Shown: positions 47,258 through 56,432, numbered from the whole stretch's first letter. The stretch is 60,771 nucleotides of DNA, filler included, from 5 parts of 5 records of this genome joined end to end with filler, not necessarily neighbours in it; one strand, 5' to 3'. Made by a program: numbers and translations. The notes: generated by a model from the letters alone, not told the origin.

Positions 47258-48604
47258 ATGTCTTTACCAAGTCAAGCCGAATACGTCATTGCTGGTGCAG
47301 GAATTCACGGATTATCAACAGCATGGAGGCTAGCTGAACGCTTAACTGAGAAGGGAGAAAGTATTGATGGTCGCATTGTTATCATTGATAAAGCAGATAG
47401 AGTAGCCGCTGGTGCAACGGGTATTGCATGCGGCGTAGTTAGAAATAATTACTTTCAACCTGCAATGCGCAAATTGATGGCTCACTCAGTCAGCATTTGG
47501 GAAAGCGATCCTGAGGCTTTTAGTTATCATGCAAATGGTTACATGCAAATCTCATGCGAAAAAATGAGAGATGACGTCAGACAGATTCACACTGAGCAAG
47601 CTGCAATTGGATATGAAAGCGTCTTTATCGAAGGCGAAGAAGAGTCACGAGACTATATGCTTAATCTTTTTGATGACTGGCAAGCTGAAGGCATTACTTC
47701 AGTTCTTCATGAAAAGCCGGGCGGCTATGCGAACAACGTTAAAGCAATGGAAGGACTCTCGAAGAAAGTTTTAGACCTTGGAGTCACTGTTGTCCTTAAC
47801 ACTGAAATTACAGGTTTTGAAACAGAGGGGGCAGGGCAAAGCGTTACTGCTGTCAATACTGACAAAGGAACCATTCAGTGCGATAACTTAATCGTAGGCG
47901 CTGGGCCATGGGTCCGTGATTTCTGGAACATGATTGGCCTTCCTTCTCAAATCGAGCTGAAAGATTTAAATGGAGATCTTCACGAAAACATCGACATGTG
48001 GCGCTTTTGGCAGTTAGAAGAAGGCGTTTTAGAGATTCCACCAGAGACATTAACGACGAACGATGGAAAGATTCCACCCGTTCTTCACGTTGATACAGAT
48101 GCACCTTTATATTCAACGGTTGACGGCTCATTGATTACAGATCAACTCTGGGGTATCTACTACAAGCCTGACTGGGGCTTTGGTGGTATACAAGGCGGCG
48201 CATCACCGTACACTGTTGATACGCCTGTTAATGAGGTTGCGATTGATCCTTATGGACCTGAAAGCAAAGAGTTTACTGCTAGTAAAGACTTCCCTGAAAT
48301 GTGGGTCTCAGCTCTTGCTCATTGTCATAAAAGATTTGAAGGCATGATGCCTCACTATCATAAGGAGCCTTCAGGCGGCATTGGATGCTTTACGCCAGAC
48401 AGTTTCCCAGTTATTGATACCTTTAATAATAACGTCACAATCATTGCGGACAGTAATCATGGTTACAAGATGTTGGGCGTTGGATGTCTAGTTGCTGAAG
48501 AGCTATTAGGAGAAAAACAAGAGCTTCTAGAACCATTTAGATTTAGCCGCTTCAAAGAAGGTAAACTTCACCCAGTATCGAATAGTCCTTATCCTTGGAG
48601 TTAA
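47258..48604 (+). CDS. FAD-dependent amine oxidoreductase (DAO/sarcosine-oxidase-beta-like superfamily)
   Basis: GAGIHG dinucleotide fold; GATGIACG.VR, GAGPW, TPDSFP and DSNHGYK motifs; SD AAGGAG. Confidence 0.88.
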   Translation: MSLPSQAEYVIAGAGIHGLSTAWRLAERLTEKGESIDGRIVIIDKADRVAAGATGIACGVVRNNYFQPAMRKLMAHSVSIWESDPEAFSYHANGYMQISCEKMRDDVRQIHTEQAAIGYESVFIEGEEESRDYMLNLFDDWQAEGITSVLHEKPGGYANNVKAMEGLSKKVLDLGVTVVLNTEITGFETEGAGQSVTAVNTDKGTIQCDNLIVGAGPWVRDFWNMIGLPSQIELKDLNGDLHENIDMWRFWQLEEGVLEIPPETLTTNDGKIPPVLHVDTDAPLYSTVDGSLITDQLWGIYYKPDWGFGGIQGGASPYTVDTPVNEVAIDPYGPESKEFTASKDFPEMWVSALAHCHKRFEGMMPHYHKEPSGGIGCFTPDSFPVIDTFNNNVTIIADSNHGYKMLGVGCLVAEELLGEKQELLEPFRFSRFKEGKLHPVSNSPYPWS

Positions 48605-48607
48605 ACT

Positions 48608-49870
48608 GTGAGCAAGACAAAATATTCTGCCTTTAAGGTATTAAAAGAAGCATTAACGGGTCATAAAGGCTGGGAGCCGACCTGGCGAGATGCTGAACCA
48701 AAGGCTGACGGCTATGACGTTGTTATTGTTGGCGGAGGTGGCCATGGATTAGCGACTGCCTATTATCTTGCAAAAAATCACGGAATAACTAACGTAGCTG
48801 TCATTGAAAAAGGCTGGATTGGTGGTGGTAATGTCGGTAGAAATACAACCATTATTCGTTCAAATTATTTGCTTCCAGGTAACGAACCCTTTTATGAATT
48901 GTCAATGCAGCTCTGGGAAAACCTAGAGCAAGACTTGAACTACAACGCGATGGTCTCTCAACGCGGAATCATGAACCTTATTCACTCTGATGCTCAGAGA
49001 GACGCTTTCATTAGGAGGGGCAACGCGATGCTTTTTGCAGACGCGGGCTGTGAATTTATTGAAGCGAAAGAAGTTAAAGAGAGATACCCATTCTTAGATA
49101 TGGATAACCCTAGATTCCCAATTAAAGCAGCGCTTGCTCAGCCTCGCGGCGGAACAGTAAGGCATGACGCGGTTGCATGGGGATATGCGAGAGGGGCGAG
49201 CGACCTTGGCGTTGATATTATTCAGAACTGTGAGGTCACCGGCTTCAATATTGAGAACGGAAAGTGTTTAGGCGTTAAGACGACTAAAGGAGACATTAAA
49301 TCTGGCAGAGTTGGCGTTTGTGTGGCAGGCTCCTCTGGAAGAGTAATGGCAAAAGCAGGCATTAAATTGCCGATTGAAAGCCATGTTCTCCAGGCTTTTG
49401 TAACTGAGGGCTTGAAGCCAGTTATGGATAACGTCATTACTTTTGGTGCAGGTCACTTCTACTGCTCTCAGTCTGACAAGGGAGGCCTTGTATTCGGCGG
49501 CGATATAGATGGCTACAACACCTATGCGCAGAGAGGAAACTTACCGGTTGTTGAGGATGTCTGCTCTGGCGGTATGGCGATTATGCCATCGATTGGTCGA
49601 GCCAGGCTTCTTAGAATGTGGGGCGGAATCATGGACATGTCTATGGACGGATCTCCATTCATTGACAACACAGAGGTTGAAGAGTTGTTCTTTAATGGTG
49701 GCTGGTGTTACGGCGGCTTTAAGGCGACTCCTGCGAGCGGATTCTGTTATGCTCATTTATTGGCAACGAGTGAGTCACATGAGGTTGCTACAGCTTACAA
49801 ACTGGATCGATTTAGGCGCGGCGCTATTATTGATGAGAAGGGTGTTGGCGCTCAACCAAACTTACACTAA
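48608..49870 (+). CDS. soxB: Heterotetrameric sarcosine-oxidase-family beta subunit (probably N-methylglutamate dehydrogenase MgdA-like)
   Basis: GGGGHGLATAYYLA, GRNTTIIRSNY, RHDAVAWG (FMN-linked His) and GGFKATP motifs. Confidence 0.9.
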   Translation: MSKTKYSAFKVLKEALTGHKGWEPTWRDAEPKADGYDVVIVGGGGHGLATAYYLAKNHGITNVAVIEKGWIGGGNVGRNTTIIRSNYLLPGNEPFYELSMQLWENLEQDLNYNAMVSQRGIMNLIHSDAQRDAFIRRGNAMLFADAGCEFIEAKEVKERYPFLDMDNPRFPIKAALAQPRGGTVRHDAVAWGYARGASDLGVDIIQNCEVTGFNIENGKCLGVKTTKGDIKSGRVGVCVAGSSGRVMAKAGIKLPIESHVLQAFVTEGLKPVMDNVITFGAGHFYCSQSDKGGLVFGGDIDGYNTYAQRGNLPVVEDVCSGGMAIMPSIGRARLLRMWGGIMDMSMDGSPFIDNTEVEELFFNGGWCYGGFKATPASGFCYAHLLATSESHEVATAYKLDRFRRGAIIDEKGVGAQPNLH

Positions 49871-49882
49871 GGAGGACGTAAA

Positions 49883-50173
49883 ATGATCATTAATCATCCA
49901 TTACTAGGTCCTCGAGATTCAGAAGAATTTGTCTACCTGGGGTCGACTGACCTCATTAATAGACCTACTAATTGGGAAGACGAAGCCTCAGCTGAGGACT
50001 TCTATCAGTATCAGTACATCAGAGAAAATATCGCTGGTGATCATCAAGAGCTTTGGTATCACGAGCAGGGCGATCAGTCTTGGCTGGTTGTAACTAGGAA
50101 CACTTTATCACATGAGATCACAAAGGTTGAGCTTGCTCAAGATGTCTCAAGATCAATGGGACGCGGAAAATGA
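49883..50173 (+). CDS. soxD: Sarcosine-oxidase-family delta subunit (Cys-free variant)
   Basis: GPRD..EF.Y.G, Y.R.N..G...E.W.H and W..V.RNT motifs; operon position; SD AAGGAGG. Confidence 0.85.
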   Translation: MIINHPLLGPRDSEEFVYLGSTDLINRPTNWEDEASAEDFYQYQYIRENIAGDHQELWYHEQGDQSWLVVTRNTLSHEITKVELAQDVSRSMGRGK

Positions 50174-53133
50174 GTCAAACACATAGACAAGACGGCGGTC
50201 TCATAGACCAAAAGAAAACGCTAACCTTTACCTTTAACGGCCTAATCTTAAGAGGCTACGAGGGAGACACTCTTGCATCAGCACTCCTTGCCAACAACAA
50301 GCACTTGGTTGGAAGGTCCTTTAAGTACCACCGTCCTCGCGGAATCGTGACAGTTGGCTCAGAAGAGCCAAATGCAATCATGGAGATCGGAAGCGGTGCT
50401 CACAAGGAGCCCAACACGCGCGCAACTGTGACTCAGCTTTATAACGGTTTAGAGGCGAATAGCCAAAATCATAGAGGACCTCTCGGCTTCGATTTAATGG
50501 CGATCACTGACTTTTTATCCCCGCTACTAGGAGCAGGCTTCTACTACAAGACATTTATGTGGCCTAAGGCTTTTTGGGAAAAGATCTATGAGCCAGCCAT
50601 TCGCAATTCTGCCGGTCTCGGAACGCTTTCTAAAGACCCTGATCCTGACACCTATGACAAAGGGTTTCGTTACTGCGATATATTAATTATTGGAGCCGGC
50701 GCAACTGGCCTGTCTGCTGCACTAACAGCTGCAAGCTCAGGCGCTAAAGTGATACTGGCTGATGAGGACTTCCTGATGGGAGGCCGCTTAAATACTGAAA
50801 CAGCTAAGATTGATAATATCAAAGGTAGCGCGTGGGCAAAAAGCGCCGTTGAAAAACTCAGCGCGATGGATAACGTCACCTTGATGTCAGATACGACCAT
50901 CTTTGGTGTCTACGACCACGGAATATACGGTGCACTAGAAAATAGATCGTCAGAGTCCAGAGCGGATAGCAATAAACCGAGACAGGTCAACTGGCGAATT
51001 TATGCGAAAAAATCAATTCTTTGTGCGGGCGCCATTGAGCGCTCAATCGCCTTTGGAAACAATGATCGCCCAGGCATTATGCTTGCAGGTGCGGTGAGGG
51101 CTTATATGAATCGATTTGCGGTTGCTACGGGGAATAAAGTCACGGTCTACACAAACAATGATGACGGCTGGCAAACAGCCAAAGATTTAAGATCTAAGGG
51201 CGTTAATATTGTTGCGGTCATTGATTCGCGTTCTATCAGCCCAGTGATGCCAATTCAAGGCGCTGAAATCTTTATGGGTACCGATGTTGTCGATACCAAA
51301 GGCAGAAGGGCACTGAAGTCTATTACGCTTTCAAATGGCAAGACCCTTGATACCGACTCACTAGCTGTTTCGGGCGGCTGGAATCCAAACCTACATTTAA
51401 CCTGTCACCACAGAGGTATTCCGAAATGGAATGAAAAGATTGCCTCTTTTATTCCAGATGAGGCGACGCCTCCTGGGATGAGCGTTGCGGGAAGAGCAAA
51501 AGGAACCATGGTTCTCTCTGATGCAATGAAAGAGGGTCACGATTTAGGTTCGAGTGTTGCCTTAGAATTAGGCTACAAATCTGCAGACCTTAAGGCTGCA
51601 TCAACGCCAGCGGTTGCCTACAATGTCGTCGCTAACTGGGGCGTTGAAAGTGGCAAAAATCGCGCTTGGGTTGACTTCCAGAATGATGTCACCGCGAAAG
51701 ATGTTCGCTTAGCGAACCAAGAAGGATTTAAGTCGGTTGAGCATGTCAAGCGCTACACAACGCTAGGCATGGCAACGGACCAAGGCAAAACCGCTAACGT
51801 TTTAGGTATTGGTATCATGGCTGAGAACATGGGTCAGACTATGGAGGAGACTGGAACAACCATTTTCAGGCCGCCATACTCTCCTGTTGCAGTTGGTGCA
51901 TTTGCTGGAAGAAGAAGAGGGATGGAGTTCTATCCAACAAGGTACACACCGAGCCACAAGTGGTCTGAAGAGCAGGGCGCTGTGTTCGTTGAGGTTGGGA
52001 TGTGGTATCGCTCGCAGTGGTTCCCTCAGCCGGGTGAGACGCACTGGCGTCAGTCCGTTGATCGTGAGGTCATTAAGACGCGCGCTTCTGTCGGCATCTG
52101 TGATGTCACAACACTTGGAAAAATTGATATTAAAGGATCAGACGTCTCTGAATTCTTGAACAAGGTTTACGTCAACGCTTTTGCTAAGCTACCCGTTGGA
52201 AAGACACGGTACGGCCTGATGCTTAGAGAAGACAGTATGGCAATGGATGATGGAACAACAGCAAGACTCGCTGAAGATCACTTCGTGATGACAACGACAA
52301 CTGCTAACGCGGTCAGTGTTTATCGTCACCTTCAGTTCTGTCATCAGGTACTATGGCCTGATCTCGATGTCCACATGATTTCAGTGACTGAGCAGTATGC
52401 TCAGTACGCAGTCGCAGGACCTAACTCTCGTAATCTATTAGAAAAGATTGTTGACCCCGAGCACGACATTTCAAATGAAGCGTTCCCGTTCATGGGGGCA
52501 GGCGCAATCACTGTTTGTGGCGGCATCCCTGCAAGACTCTTTAGAATCTCTTTCTCGGGCGAACTGGCCTACGAAATTGCAGTTCCAACGCGTTACGGTG
52601 ATGCTCTCATGAGAGCAATGATGCATGCAGGCGAAGAGTTTGATGTCGTTCCTTATGGAACTGAGGCGCTTGGCGTCATGAGAATTGAAAAGGGGCACGC
52701 AGCGGGACCAGAACTCAACGGTCAGACGAGCGCTTATGATCTTGGAATGGGCGGCATGGTCTCAGGCAAAAAAGACTTTATCGGTTACAAGCTAGGTCAA
52801 AGAGAAGAACTCCTTAGAAATGATCGTATGCAGATGGTTGGCTTCAAGCCGGTGAATAAAAACGCTTTAGTTGATAAAGGCCACTCAATGGCTGGAGCAC
52901 ACCTCCTCGGACTCAGAGAAGAGGCGACCACGCACAATGACCAGGGCTGGATTTCTTCGTCGATCTACTCGCCGATGCTGGGATGCTATATTGGTCTCGG
53001 ATTTATTAAAGATGGACTAAACAGAAAGGGCGAGTTCGTTCGCGCCGTTGATTTAGTTAGAAATAGTGATATAGAGGTTGAGATTTGTAGTCCACACTTC
53101 TATGATCCTGAAGGAGGGCGTCTACGTGTCTGA
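50170..53133 (+). CDS. soxA: Sarcosine-oxidase-family alpha subunit
   Basis: GDTLASALLAN, RSFKYHRPRG, GFYYKTFMWP and KRYTT.GM..DQGK motifs; THF-binding GcvT-like C-terminus. Confidence 0.93.
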   Translation: MSQTHRQDGGLIDQKKTLTFTFNGLILRGYEGDTLASALLANNKHLVGRSFKYHRPRGIVTVGSEEPNAIMEIGSGAHKEPNTRATVTQLYNGLEANSQNHRGPLGFDLMAITDFLSPLLGAGFYYKTFMWPKAFWEKIYEPAIRNSAGLGTLSKDPDPDTYDKGFRYCDILIIGAGATGLSAALTAASSGAKVILADEDFLMGGRLNTETAKIDNIKGSAWAKSAVEKLSAMDNVTLMSDTTIFGVYDHGIYGALENRSSESRADSNKPRQVNWRIYAKKSILCAGAIERSIAFGNNDRPGIMLAGAVRAYMNRFAVATGNKVTVYTNNDDGWQTAKDLRSKGVNIVAVIDSRSISPVMPIQGAEIFMGTDVVDTKGRRALKSITLSNGKTLDTDSLAVSGGWNPNLHLTCHHRGIPKWNEKIASFIPDEATPPGMSVAGRAKGTMVLSDAMKEGHDLGSSVALELGYKSADLKAASTPAVAYNVVANWGVESGKNRAWVDFQNDVTAKDVRLANQEGFKSVEHVKRYTTLGMATDQGKTANVLGIGIMAENMGQTMEETGTTIFRPPYSPVAVGAFAGRRRGMEFYPTRYTPSHKWSEEQGAVFVEVGMWYRSQWFPQPGETHWRQSVDREVIKTRASVGICDVTTLGKIDIKGSDVSEFLNKVYVNAFAKLPVGKTRYGLMLREDSMAMDDGTTARLAEDHFVMTTTTANAVSVYRHLQFCHQVLWPDLDVHMISVTEQYAQYAVAGPNSRNLLEKIVDPEHDISNEAFPFMGAGAITVCGGIPARLFRISFSGELAYEIAVPTRYGDALMRAMMHAGEEFDVVPYGTEALGVMRIEKGHAAGPELNGQTSAYDLGMGGMVSGKKDFIGYKLGQREELLRNDRMQMVGFKPVNKNALVDKGHSMAGAHLLGLREEATTHNDQGWISSSIYSPMLGCYIGLGFIKDGLNRKGEFVRAVDLVRNSDIEVEICSPHFYDPEGGRLRV

Positions 53134-53695
53134 TTACGAATTATTGCCAGAGTCACCGCTAGGTGGCGTCGAGATAGAAATGGATGGCTTCAATATCACT
53201 GAGGTGACTGATAAGTCTCTAGTGATGGTTGCACTTCCAAGAGAGAAGTTTAGTGAGGTTGAGTCTTCAATCGATAAGTCTTGCGGTCTTAAGCTCCCAG
53301 AAATGGAGCGCTCAAGCCAGTCAAAGGACTCATCGATCACGCTCTGGCGATTACAAAAGAACCAGGTTTTAGCGTACTTTACCTATGAGGGTGGTGATGC
53401 TGAAGCTCACCTTTCAGGGCGTTTATCTGCGCCTGCATACTATACCGATCAGTCCGATACCTGGGCTATGATTAGGGTTAGTGGTCAGAGAAGTAGAGAC
53501 GTGCTCGAGAGAATCTGCCCAATCGATATAAGTGTAGAAGCGTTTCCTGTCGGCGGCGTATCGAGGACAATTATGGAGCATATAGGAACCATTATCTTTA
53601 GAGATGGCGACGACTCCTATGTTCTTTTAACGATGCGCTCATTTGGCCGCTCTATGCTTCATGCGATTGAGGTGTCTGCAGAGAACGTTCTTTAA
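53126..53695 (+). CDS. soxG: Sarcosine-oxidase-family gamma subunit
   Basis: GTG at 53126 with SD AAGGAGG; TDQSD.W, L.R.CP.D, RT.M.H and RSF..S motifs. Confidence 0.85.
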   Translation: MSDYELLPESPLGGVEIEMDGFNITEVTDKSLVMVALPREKFSEVESSIDKSCGLKLPEMERSSQSKDSSITLWRLQKNQVLAYFTYEGGDAEAHLSGRLSAPAYYTDQSDTWAMIRVSGQRSRDVLERICPIDISVEAFPVGGVSRTIMEHIGTIIFRDGDDSYVLLTMRSFGRSMLHAIEVSAENVL

Positions 53696-53762
53696 ATAAA
53701 AGTCTGTATAACCTCTTTATTTTGGTAGATTTTTCATAATATCGATTGTATATCAACTTGAG

Positions 53763-53789
53763 CTAAAGTCCAAATTTCGTTTGATGTGT
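53763..53789 (+). repeat. Direct repeat, copy 1 (27-bp core)
   Basis: CTAAAGTCCAAATTTCGTTTGATGTGT; 26/27 identical to 54412-54438. Confidence 0.9.
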
Positions 53790-53801
53790 AAGGGAAGTTT
53801 A

Positions 53802-53838
53802 AAAAAAATAAAACCCTGTATAAGGGCTTTATTTTTTT
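53802..53838. terminator. Bidirectional intrinsic terminator
   Basis: AAAAAAATAAAACCCT-GTATA-AGGGCTTTATTTTTTT between convergent soxG and the 134-aa gene. Confidence 0.75.
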
Positions 53839-53892
53839 AGATTCTTTATGGATATTTTATTTCTATCTAACAATTAAAAAGATTACCTCAAA

Positions 53893-54297
53893 CTAGTTCC
53901 ACTCCCAAATGTCCCAAGTAGCGTTTCCTTCTGCATCAACATCAAAATGGTAAACACAACAAATACCATTAAGACTTGAAAGTGATGGTGCAGATGCTTG
54001 AAAATAACACGCCCCTCTAAAGTTTGTCCCACCGTCAGCTGTAAAAGTACCCACTCCTGTTGCCCTGAATGTGGCTACTCCATCCTGTGTCATTATTACA
54101 CCTTGATTAGGACACTCGCCATAAAGTGTACCATCTGCTCTCATACTGGAACTATAAGTTGCCATACTTTGGACTTCTGCTCCAGCAATTGTTCCAACAC
54201 CTTCTGTAGAGGTACTGAACTTAGGTAATGAACCTTCAGCTGACAATGCTTTATTTGTTGCAGGTCCAGAAATTGAACCAATCTTTTCTCCCAACAT
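53893..54297 (-). CDS. Hypothetical Gly-rich all-beta protein (134 aa)
   Basis: SD AAGGAG upstream; protein-like composition; own terminator; family not recognised. Confidence 0.8.
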   Translation of the reverse strand: MLGEKIGSISGPATNKALSAEGSLPKFSTSTEGVGTIAGAEVQSMATYSSSMRADGTLYGECPNQGVIMTQDGVATFRATGVGTFTADGGTNFRGACYFQASAPSLSSLNGICCVYHFDVDAEGNATWDIWEWN

Positions 54298-54411
54298 ATC
54301 ATTTTCTCCTTTGATTTTGATAATATTTATTAATGCCTTAAATTAAACTTTGGCAGATTTTTATACAGTCATAAGCTATAAGACCATAAATTAATTATAT
54401 GTCAATTAGAA

Positions 54412-54438
54412 CTAAAGTCCAAATTTTGTTTGATGTGT
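54412..54438 (+). repeat. Direct repeat, copy 2 (supplies the -35 of a downstream promoter)
   Basis: CTAAAGTCCAAATTTTGTTTGATGTGT; TTGATG(54430-54435)-N18-TATAGT(54454-54459). Confidence 0.9.
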
Positions 54439-54485
54439 GGGGGAGAATGAATGTATAGTTTGTCGATTTTCAACAAAACTTTATT

Positions 54486-54700
54486 GTGGAATACTTATTA
54501 CCAATACACATTCTGGCAGGAATAATAGCACTGTTAGCGGCAGCTTTCGCAATCTGTTCTGAGAAAGGAAAGAAGATTCATATCACCGCTGGGAGGACTT
54601 ATTATTGGGGGATGGTTGGCATTTTTCTGACGGCATTACCCATGTCAATTATTACTAGCAATGTATTTCTTTTTTTAATTGCCTTCTTTTCTTTTTATCT
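54486..54700 (+). CDS. Membrane protein (DUF2306-like), 3'-truncated
   Basis: IHILAG..AL...KG...H...GR.YYW.M pattern; the stop in the ORF track comes from the linker. Confidence 0.6.
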
Positions 54701-54800
54701 NNNNNNNNNNNNNNNNNNNNNNNNNNNNNNNNNNNNNNNNNNNNTTAATTAATTAANNNNNNNNNNNNNNNNNNNNNNNNNNNNNNNNNNNNNNNNNNNN
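54701..54800. other. Artificial contig spacer
   Basis: 44 N + TTAATTAATTAA + 44 N. Confidence 0.99.
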
Positions 54801-54863
54801 AGCGCCTCCTCTGACTCTAGAAGATCCACAATCAAAAATAAATTCAAATTTTTTTTCTCTCAT
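54801..54863 (-). CDS. ftsA: Cell division protein FtsA, N-terminal 21 aa only
   Basis: MREKKFEFIFDCGSSRVRGGA (D.GSS actin-fold motif); ATG overlaps the ftsQ stop; canonical position. Confidence 0.7.
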
Positions 54864-55537
54864 TATTTTACAATAATTTGATTTGATATTCTTAGATCAA
54901 TAAATTTATTCATTTTAAAATTATCATCATTTAAAATTTTTTTTGCTAAGTGTAATGATTCATATATTTTCTTATTTGGTAATTTTATTAATACATTATC
55001 ATTAGTCAAAATATCCCACCTACCTGATGAAAAATAAATTAATGATTTTAAATCTTCAAAATTAAATCCTGAACGTTCAAGATGTATTTTTAGTTCTAAA
55101 AATTTATTAGAATTAAATTTACCAAATATGCTAGGCAATTTTTTTTTAAAGTCTTTATTGCTTATTAGTTTTCCATTAGATCCAACTAAAACATCATCTT
55201 TATTTGAAATTTTTGCTATAAATTTAGTTGGCTTTATATTTATGTTGAGTTCTCTAGGATAGATCTTTTTAACCGAATATTTTTCTACAATATTAAATTC
55301 AGAAATAGAATTTTTTAACACTTCTTTTTTTAAAAAAAATATATTTTTTTCAATTGTTTTGTATAATTCATCATTTAGTCCCTCTATATTATCTAATGGT
55401 ATTCCTGTAATATTGATGTTGTCTATTTGAAACAGATTTTCAGTTTTATATAGAGTCTTGTTTGTTGTTGTGCTTAATGCTACTAAAAAAAAAAAATACA
55501 ATATTAAGGATTTTTTTTTACCTATTAATTGATGCAT
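54863..55537 (-). CDS. ftsQ: Cell division protein FtsQ/DivIB
   Basis: N-terminal TM, POTRA-like I.ITG...K.YP..L.I, RWD and IDLR motifs; between ddl and ftsA. Confidence 0.85.
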   Translation of the reverse strand: MHQLIGKKKSLILYFFFLVALSTTTNKTLYKTENLFQIDNINITGIPLDNIEGLNDELYKTIEKNIFFLKKEVLKNSISEFNIVEKYSVKKIYPRELNINIKPTKFIAKISNKDDVLVGSNGKLISNKDFKKKLPSIFGKFNSNKFLELKIHLERSGFNFEDLKSLIYFSSGRWDILTNDNVLIKLPNKKIYESLHLAKKILNDDNFKMNKFIDLRISNQIIVK

Positions 55538-56432
55538 CTTTTAATATCCATTCAATTAACTTTATAAAGCTAATACCTTTATATCTTGCAATTTCTGGAA
55601 CCAATGACAATTTGGTCATACCTGGCTGAGTGTTTAGTTCCAATAAATAAAATTTTCCTTTGAAGAATTTAAAATCTGATCTTGTTACCCCTTTACAACC
55701 AATTACTTTATGTGCCTTTAATGCTATATCTGTAACTGTTTTAAATTCTTTTTTAGTAATATTAACAGGTATGATATGTTTTGTATTTGATTTGGGGTTA
55801 TATTTAGCTTCGTAATCATAAAACTCTCTTTTAGGTTTTAGCTCTATCGCTCCCAATTTTTTTTTTCCCATAATAGCTACTTGTATTTCTCTCCCTGGTA
55901 CAAATTCTTCAATTAATATTTCCTTGTAATATTCTAATTTTTTTAGGCGTCGTAACAAATTTTTTTTATTACATATATAAACATGCACACTTGAGCCTTC
56001 GTTTATAGGTTTTATAACAACAGGAAATTTTAATTTTTTTTCAATCTTTTTGATAATAGTCTTATCTTTTTTCAAAAATATATATTTAATATATTTTGGA
56101 GTTAAAATATTATTTTGTAAAAAAATCTTTTTTGAAATTTCTTTATCCATTGCTATAGATGAGGCTATGGCACCTGAATGAGTGTATGGAATCTTTTGAG
56201 CTTCTAAGATTGTTTGTATATATCCATCTTCACCAAATTGACCATGCAAAGCATTAAAAATAATATCTGGCTTATATTTTCTTAAATTTTTGGACAATTC
56301 TAAATTAGGTTCACTAGTTAATACTTTATATCCATTTTTTTTTAATTCTTTTGAAACCTCTTTACCAGTTTCCAGGCTAATTAATCGTTCTTTAGAAATG
56401 CCACCACTAATAATTAAAATTTTTTTTTTCAT
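55518..56432 (-). CDS. ddl: D-alanine--D-alanine ligase
   Basis: GG.S.ER.IS, LHG..GEDG, EGSS, FYDYEAKY and E.NTQPGMT motifs. Confidence 0.96.
   Translation of the reverse strand: MKKKILIISGGISKERLISLETGKEVSKELKKNGYKVLTSEPNLELSKNLRKYKPDIIFNALHGQFGEDGYIQTILEAQKIPYTHSGAIASSIAMDKEISKKIFLQNNILTPKYIKYIFLKKDKTIIKKIEKKLKFPVVIKPINEGSSVHVYICNKKNLLRRLKKLEYYKEILIEEFVPGREIQVAIMGKKKLGAIELKPKREFYDYEAKYNPKSNTKHIIPVNITKKEFKTVTDIALKAHKVIGCKGVTRSDFKFFKGKFYLLELNTQPGMTKLSLVPEIARYKGISFIKLIEWILKDASINR

Noticed and set aside
53763-54438. Possible CRISPR array or integron attC
   Set aside because: Only two copies 649 bp apart, no cas or intI gene, and no clear attC-type palindrome; kept only as a direct repeat.
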